Assembly (NCBI GenBank): GCA_964016885.1
Contig: OZ024751.1
Span: 47,616,001-47,680,000 of the forward strand
Origin: Eledone cirrhosa
Taxonomy: Eukaryota
Direction of reading: 5' to 3'
Length of the DNA stretch: 64,000 nucleotides
Shown: piece by piece, positions 56,476 through 64,000 of the stretch
Layout: every line of letters begins with the position of its first letter
Numbering within the stretch: the first letter of the stretch is position 1
Translations under genes and position numbers: made by a program
Notes under the pieces: generated by a model
Told to the model about the DNA's origin: nothing
Database searches by the model: none
Seen by the model: only the letters and a program-made list of their open reading frames with translations

Positions 56476-56667
56476 TAATTGTTTCTACTTTTGGAACAAG
56501 GCCAGCAATTACCCAGTACATTACTGGTACTTTATTTCATCGACCTCGTAAGGATGAAAGGCAAAGTTGACTTCGGCGGGATTTGAACTCAGAATGGAAA
56601 GGGCCGTAACTCTGTGCGTCAAAGCATGGTGTCTGACCCTCTACCGATACGGCCAATCCACCGCCCT
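56476..56667 (-). mobile_element. Full-length SINE copy
   Basis: Reverse complement of consensus; flanked by direct repeat GAAGAAGAAATATAAT (probable TSD). Confidence 0.85.
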
Positions 56668-56796
56668 TGAAGAAGAAGAAATATAATGATAGACAAGAAT
56701 AATAAAAGAAAGAAAAAACAAACAGGTAGAAAAGACTTTCAGTAAGAAATCCCCGGTGTAGTCATTCAGCTGCTTAAGAACCCCCCCTCCACTCTC

Positions 56797-56844
<48 letters not shown>

Positions 56845-57107
56845 CGAAGGAGTTGTGGTAAGGAACCAGATGGTCCATAATGCACCAGAGTACTCAATAC
56901 TTAGGATAGTAGAGTGGGTATAGGAAAAAGTATGACCCCGACGGTAGAGCTCGTCGAAACGGCTTGAGCTCTGCCGTCGGGGTCAGACTCTTTCCTATAT
57001 ATATATATGTATATATATTGTATTTTGTCTGAAGAGGGCATACTATAAATTAGTATCCCTGAAATATATAACGAAATAAATTATGATGTTTTAGTGATAT
57101 ATTTTCC

Positions 57108-57309
57108 ATGGATTGGCAGTATCAGTAAAGGGTCGGACGCCATGCTTTCCAGCATAGTTACGTCCCTTTACGATCTGAGTTCAAATCCCGCTGAGGTTGA
57201 CTTTGCCTTTCATCCTTACGGGGTCGATAAAATAAAGTACCAGTAATGCACTGAGTAATTGCTGGCCTTGTGCCTAAAGTAGAAACAATTATTATTATTA
57301 TTATTATTG
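57108..57309 (+). mobile_element. SINE copy whose (ATT)n tail abuts the Tx1 LINE
   Basis: Match to consensus. Confidence 0.88.
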
Positions 57310-57523
57310 AATGCCATGGTTGACGGAGGCTCGGCTCTGTAAGGTATTGTAAATCTTGACCGCTATAACAATTGTAAATTGTTTTAAATTTTAACCAAAT
57401 TGTAGACATAAACACCCTCCTCTTCGTGAGAGGGGTCTTTCAGCCCGTTATTTGTCCCTTCGGGGTTAAATAACCGCTTATTGGGGTTTTGTGCCCAATA
57501 TTTATTTTAAACCAAAAAAAAAC

Positions 57524-59697
57524 ATGGCTACGAAAAAGAATTTTCACAAGTCACTCCCACTCATTCCGTCTTCTTCCTCAATCGTCACTACAGCAGGAGA
57601 AGATTGTCTCTCTCCCTCCCTTCTCTAAATGTGTCTCTCTCCCTACCTTCTCTTTCGCAAGTGACGCCAATAAAGAAAAATAGTTTACAAAATCACGTGA
57701 AAAACATGGAACATTTCTCCACGACGACGACAACGACGAAAAAGGTGTGCGGTTAATACGAAAACCCATTTCATTCGTCTGACGTCATGAATAATAGCAG
57801 TAGCAGCCGTAATAACAGCAGCAGCAGTAACAGTGACAAGGAAAACAACAGTAGCAGCCGCAACAGCATCAGCATCAGCATAAACAACAACAGCATTAGC
57901 AGCAACAGCAACAACAACAGCAGCAGCAGCAACAACAACAACAACCACAGCAACAGCGGCGGCGGCAGTAGTCGTAGTATCTGCAGCAACAACAAAAGTA
58001 ACAGCAGCTCTGACGACAACAACAACAACAGCAGCAAAGAAAAACCAATTTCGTTTGCAGGTATCGCAAAGAACCTGGAAACCATCCTCATAACAAATGA
58101 GGAATTACAGGAAGCGAAGAAGATGGTGGCGAAAACCGGACACCGAGCAATCTGCAAGGCAGCCGAAACATTTTTCGAAACCCAACAGCACTGTACGGTC
58201 ACGTACCGTACAGTAAGCACAAAATCCCGTAGGGTTGAAAGAGCCACAGAGGCTCAAATACAAAAAGCCTTAGGGTCTGTGTGGCAGCGGAAAACGCATA
58301 TCACCCGAGGCAAGAAATATGCCACCGTAGACGTCCTTTTTGCCATACCCCAGGAGGCAAAGGCTCAATCCTTAGTGACCCTAAGGAGCGAGGAAATAGT
58401 GTTGGTGCCCTCCTACTGCGGGCAAAACATTGTGAGGGTCAAACTAACCCACGTCCCTCCTGGGATGGCCCCTTCTTGGCTGGCCGTGTCTGTCCTCGTC
58501 GGAATCGAGGACAAAACAACTGTACTGCAAGTACAGAAAAAAGTAAGAGAAGATTGGGTCGGCACCTCCATTGAGATGTTAATCCAAACCAACCAGGAGT
58601 GCATCGAAGCTATCCCGGATGTGATAGACTTCGATAACGGCACTCAACTGCCCATAAGTGTTGAGGGCAAACGCCCGAAATGCTTTCGCTGTGGATCGAA
58701 GACTCACCTCAGGGCCTTCTGCAACGAGAAGACCCTGAGAGAGGAGAAAACCCCCTCCTTCTGAAACCGGCTCCACGGCTACCAGCAACAGGACAAGCGG
58801 CAACAAGGAACGATAGGTCCGTGGCACCCATACCCACACCACGGAAATCAAGAACAGCAGCAACAATGGAAGTATTAACAACAACAACAGTAATACCAAA
58901 TGCAGCTGAAACAGAGACTCCACTGCAAACATCACCAACAACAACAAGTGAAAGAGTGGAGCTGGTACCCCTCCCTGACCTCACAGAATCAGACATGGAG
59001 TGTGAGGTGCGAGAGGGATGGCAAAAGGTCGCAAGAAGGCACAAACGAAGAAGCAGCGCATCGTCGCCTTCGAAAAGGGAGGAAAGAAATGAAAAAAGGG
59101 TAAAGACTACTGCAAAGAGAATCACAGCAGCAACACCACCAACACCATCACCACCCACACTAGCACCACCATCACCACCGGCGACAACCCCACCGCCAAC
59201 AACAACAACACCTTCAACACCACCACCACAAGCACCAACATCGCAAACACAACAACAAAACACACACACCCAGCAACAACGACAAGAAAATAGCAGAACC
59301 ACACCCACCCCAGAAAAACAAATGCACGGCAATAAATACACACAACAAGAAACTAATGACTTACATAATTGAACACTCAGACATTTCACAGCACGACTAC
59401 ATAATACCAGCACCAATAAAAACGCCAACGAACATAAGACTGGTAAAAATAGCACAGAAACAATACACAAACGTTAAAACGAAATTCCCCAACGCAGTTG
59501 GTGATTTCAGAGACCTAGGAGGGACTCTCAACCGGAGAGTATATTCGGACATACTCATAGAAGAGCCGACGACCAGCCGAAGGGACGATTCAACGGTCCC
59601 TTCACCAGACGATCAAGTGAAAAGGATGGAGAAACCATCCTTCCTCTACGAAAAGTACGGTAAGTGGTCTTTCCCATCTTTTCCACTCCATTTCAAT
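57524..59697 (+). pseudogene. LINE ORF1 (gag-like, CCHC knuckle), broken into several frames
   Basis: Probable start MATKKNF at 57524; Ser/Asn-rich tract; SFAGIAK; CFRCGSKTHLRAFC at 58681-58722; EGWQKVARR and Pro/Thr-rich tail in the next frame. Confidence 0.75.
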
Positions 59698-62600
59698 ATG
59701 ACCTCACTCAGAATAGGCAGCATAAATGCGCGTGGCTTGGGGTCGTCATGGAAGCAGGGCCACCTGCTCAACAACCTCAGGTCACTAAACATAGATGTAG
59801 TGGCCATCAGCGAGACCAGAATCTCCGAAGCACGGGCCTTTGCACCGATCTTCGGCGGCTACGATGTGTACGCATCTCCCAGCCGTCCTGGATCGAAGGG
59901 AGGAGTTGCTGTGCTTTTTCGGAGAGGTTTGGATCTCGCCATACGGGCCATCTTCCTGGACCCAGAGGGTAAGTTGGTGGTGCTGGACGTGACCAGCAGA
60001 GACGGGCAAGCTTTCAGGCTAGTGGCCGTCTATGCCCCGACGGGAGCAGGGCGGCCTGATTTCTTCCGGCGTCTGGAGACCTTTCTTGGAACGTTCCACT
60101 CTTTAGTGTTAGTGGGCGACTGGAACGGGATCTTAGATGAACGCTGGGACTGTGTGGGATTAGCGGATAGGGGAGGAGGGTGCAAGAGCCTCACCAACCT
60201 GTTCAGGCGTTTTGAACTGTCTGACAGGTACCGATTGGATTTCCCGAATGTGCCAATGTGGACTTGGACAAATCTCATAGGGTCATCCAGATCATATCTA
60301 GATAGAGTATATTGTAGGGAAATAGATAGGTCTAGCATAGGCTGTCCACAATTCAAGATAGTCAGCTACACGGACCACAAATTCGTGATCTGTGTGCTTG
60401 ACTTAGATAGGCTTCATAGACGAGGACCCGGCTACTGGAAGCTAAACGCGTCCTTACCAGCAAACAAGGCCTACAGAGACCGGATTAAGGAACTAGTTAA
60501 GCGGGCGTTGACGGGGGCCATCGTCAACAACAAGTGGTGGTTTGCTCTGAAAAGAGCGATTAGAATAGAGTCCATTAGGTTTAGTAAGGCTTTAGCAATA
60601 GAGAAAAATAGAGCAGAGGGAGAACTAGTTAGAAAATTAGACGAGGCGCTTAGCAAAGGCATCGCGACCGACGTACTTGCGGCAAAATTGGCCCTTGACC
60701 AATTCTTCAATGCAAAGCACGAAGGCTGCGTTGTCAGAGCTAGGGTGCGTGCTCTCAGACACGAGGGAACGAAAGCCGTTCAATGGGCTCGAGTGGCGGA
60801 GGCGCGTCGTGGCAACAAAGCCACGATCCGGTCATTGGTGGACCACGACGGGCGCATGCTACTCGATCCCGGGCAAATGTGTGAAGCTTTTCAGCGACAC
60901 TTCGCTCAGCTGTTCGGGGGCAGCGGTGGGCCGGGTCGAGGGATGGACTTTAGTGTCTACCTCGACGGACTGCCGCGGCTCTCGGCCACCGAGGCCGAGT
61001 GTTGCGAAAAGCCGATAACAGCCGCTGAAGTACGGGAGGAAATGACTGGCTGCACAAGGGGTAAATCGCCTGGTTTGGATGGTATGCCCTATGAACTTTA
61101 CGTACAGATGCCAGACTTGTTCGGAGGCCTCTTGGCGGACGTCTACTGCAACTGGCAACAGAACGGGAGAATTCCCAGCTCTGTGTGCCGAGGAGCGGTG
61201 GCACTGCTGAGAAAGGATCCGAACAAGCGGGATAACATAGATAATTTCAGGCCCATAACTCTGCTAAACACAGAGTTCAAGATTTTGGCCAAGGTGCTAG
61301 CAAAGAAGTTGGCGCTTGTCGTTGGTGGTCTGGTGGGAGAGGCGCAGACATGAGCCATTCCCGACAGATCCATCCACGACAACCTCCACCTCATGCGATA
61401 CATCGTAGAGAGGGTAACTAGGGAACCTGGCACGGGTGGGTCCTTAATCAATTTAGATCAGTCGAAAGCTTTCGATAGGGTCGACCATCGTTACCTAGCG
61501 GCAGTCCTGAAGGCGGCTGGCTTTGGGCCCGTCTTCAGAGGCTGGATCGCTGCCATGCACAGCGACATCTGCTCTGTGGTGAGAGTGAACGGTCACCTTT
61601 CGGAACCGTTCAGCATCATGCGCTCGGTCCGCCAAGGATGTCCCCTCTCGTCCCTCTTGTACGTATTGACTCTCGAGCCATTACTGCACAAACTGGAGAC
61701 GTTGAGGGGCGTCCCGCGCGAACTAGGATGCGGAAGATCCGTGTCAGCATATGCCGACGATGTCACCGTAGTGGTGTCGAACGCCAAACACATCGAGCGA
61801 TCGGCACTACACTAAGAGAATACGAAGCGGTGACAGGAGCAATGATCAACCAGGAAAAGTCAGTGGGCCTGCAGCTCGGCACCTGGAGAGGCCGGTCCAT
61901 GCCGTCCAACAGCGTCGTCGGACGCTGGACAGACGGACCGGTTAAATTGCTAGGGGTCTGGTTCGGTCCGGACCTCCAGACGGACAAAAACTGGGACGAG
62001 ATGATGAGCAGGGTGGCTTCTCTCACCCAGAAAGGTCGAGCGGAGGTGGCTAACGCGTACATCGCGTCTGTCATCTGCTACCGCCTGACCGTCGTACCTT
62101 GTCCTAAGCCCCGCCTGACTGCGCTGGAGCGTTTGCTCTTTCGCTTTTTGTGGAAGGGACGCGCTCCGATGGTCAGGCTGTCCATCTGTTGTCAACACCC
62201 GCTACGTGGAGGGCTGGGCATGCCGTGGCTGATGATGCGCAGACACGCGCTCAGGCTACGACATCTCCACCTCTTCCTCGACGGTGATCAGGTGTGGTCG
62301 CCGTTTGCTAGACACGTATTTCCCCAGCTCGTTTCCTTGACGGAGCTGCAGTCCTGGATCAAACTCTAGGCGTCGACGAAAATCAACTAGCCAATCTCTT
62401 CGGAAGAACTTTAGGGCCGGGGCCTATGGACAACTTCCAGAAATCTCTGGCCTGGCAGTGCTACCGAGGAGCCTTGCCAGTTCGGGATAAACTCTACAGG
62501 CATGGAGGTGCCGTCAGCCGGGCATGTCCGAGATGCGCGCAGGGCGACGAAACTGTCCTGCACGCACTCGTCCAGTGTCCGAAAATTGCTGACCTGTGGG

Positions 62601-62935
62601 TTTATGTCGAACACCTGCTGTCGCGTGTAGGACGGATCCGGCTATCATCTGAGTCCATCGTGAGGATTGCCCCGCCCTCTTCCTTTAGCCGGGAAGGGCA
62701 GGCAGTTTTTATCTGCCTGGTGGCCATGGCGAAAGAGATAGTATGGTGGACACGTTTAAAAGGGCTGAAGACGAGCACTTACCTCTTCGGTGATGCCCTG
62801 ATTTACTTTTTCAAATTTCATTTGAAAAGGAAAATCAGAGTAGAGAGGGAAGTGCTCTCTTCCCAGCATTTGGGTGAGAGAAGCAAGAATGGCCCGAGTG
62901 AATGGGCCTACTCTGAGTATGTATCTGTAAATTAA
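59698..62935 (+). pseudogene. LINE ORF2: AP endonuclease, reverse transcriptase, zinc finger
   Basis: SINARGL, ISET, GDWN, SYLDRVY, TDHK (APE); KSPGLDG, FRPITLLN, LDQSKAFDRVDH, SVRQGCPLS, YADD at 61750; CPRC..ETVLHALVQC; in-frame TGA at 61351 and frameshifts near 61800, 62370 and 62870. Confidence 0.93.
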
Positions 62936-63176
62936 AGGTGGAAGACTGGGAGAGGGCACTTGCCTTGGTGGTCAGGGTCACTGTGGCCTTTTACTGGGCT
63001 TTCTCCACAAATGTCCCTCCGAAGTCTCCCCCCTATTGGGGAATTTTCATTGTTATTTTTTGTTACATCCTCTGTTTTTGTTCTTTACACGCAGAAATGC
63101 CCATTTGTACCGTCCTGTATTGTCCTGCACTGTCCTTAATGTCTACTTTATGTAAACCCTTGTGGTTAAAAAAAAA

Positions 63177-63232
<56 letters not shown>

Positions 63233-63337
63233 TCCGTTGACTTCCTTTCAGTATTATATATATATATATTTATAATATAAATACATATATATATATATAT
63301 ATAAATACGTATATTCATATATATACACATAATATGC

Positions 63338-63368
<31 letters not shown>

Positions 63369-63380
63369 CATACATATATA

Positions 63381-63444
<64 letters not shown>

Positions 63445-63778
63445 GTGCTTAATTGTTCACCTTCTGCGAATGTAGGACACTTGTATGGATTCCAGTCCGC
63501 CTGTTAATGATTGTCACGATTATGGTGTTGAAAATAATACCCCCGTTTTTTATATTTTTCCGCTTCCTACCGCTTTTCTAAATATCGCAGTAGTTGATGC
63601 AATTTACGGGGAGAATAATCACGAGTAGAAGTCGACATTATAAAATATAACTCTCAGAATATAAAAGAAGCAGGTGAATAAAATAACTATAAATACTACC
63701 CATACACTCACACACAAAATGATATATACACACACACACACATATATATGTGTGTGTATATATATAATTAATATGTAA

Positions 63779-63813
<35 letters not shown>

Positions 63814-63867
63814 GATAGGTAAATATACACGTGTGTGTATGATTGTGTATAGAAGATTATATCAATA

Positions 63868-64000
63868 AGGCGGTGGATTGGCAGTATTGGTAGAGGGTCG
63901 GACGCCAAGCTTTGACGCAAAGAGTTACAGCCCTTTCCATTCCGAGTTCAAATCCCGCCGAGGTTAACTTTGCCTTTCATCCTTACGGGGTCGATAAAAT
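63868..64000 (+). mobile_element. SINE copy cut by the window end
   Basis: Match to consensus 5' part. Confidence 0.85.

Larger units (their letters stand above)
57310..63222 (+). mobile_element. Tx1/L1-clade non-LTR retrotransposon, near full length, disrupted
   Basis: GC-richer block with ORF1 zinc knuckle, ORF2 APE + RT + C-terminal CCHC, 3' UTR and (ATT)n tail; 5' boundary approximate. Confidence 0.92.

Noticed and set aside
57108-57200. tRNA genes at SINE heads
   Set aside because: A/B-box-like motifs run into SINE body and tail, with no complete cloverleaf

Overview
Eukaryotic, very AT- and microsatellite-rich non-genic DNA. The SINE types and (TA)n/(CA)n/(ATT)n load suggest an octopod cephalopod (inference). 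No host gene could be supported, and almost all ORF-track entries are microsatellite artefacts. Recognisable content: an internally deleted Helitron (12276-15847); a 5'-truncated Penelope-like element (RT + GIY-YIG, Naiad-like) with an inverted pLTR (20704-23930); a near full-length but disrupted Tx1/L1-clade LINE (57310-63222) plus a 5'-truncated copy; CR1/Jockey-group LINE 3' ends; over 20 copies of a tRNA-derived SINE with an (ATT)n tail; Tc1/mariner MITEs; and a 66-bp satellite array (about 26160-28100). The most interesting signal is a dense set of at least 7 unrelated short element families in (TA)n tracts, each carrying a type I hammerhead ribozyme (HHR) fold. Some have variant cores, and many form fold-back inverted repeats whose arms start at the predicted self-cleavage site or pivot on ribozyme stems. 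Both Tx1 copies sit directly in the (ATT)n tail of the SINE, and SINE and LINE share a CCTTGTG-N8-AGAAA-N2-(ATT)n 3' terminus, suggesting a SINE/LINE partnership with microsatellite targeting. All folds and alignments were done by eye.
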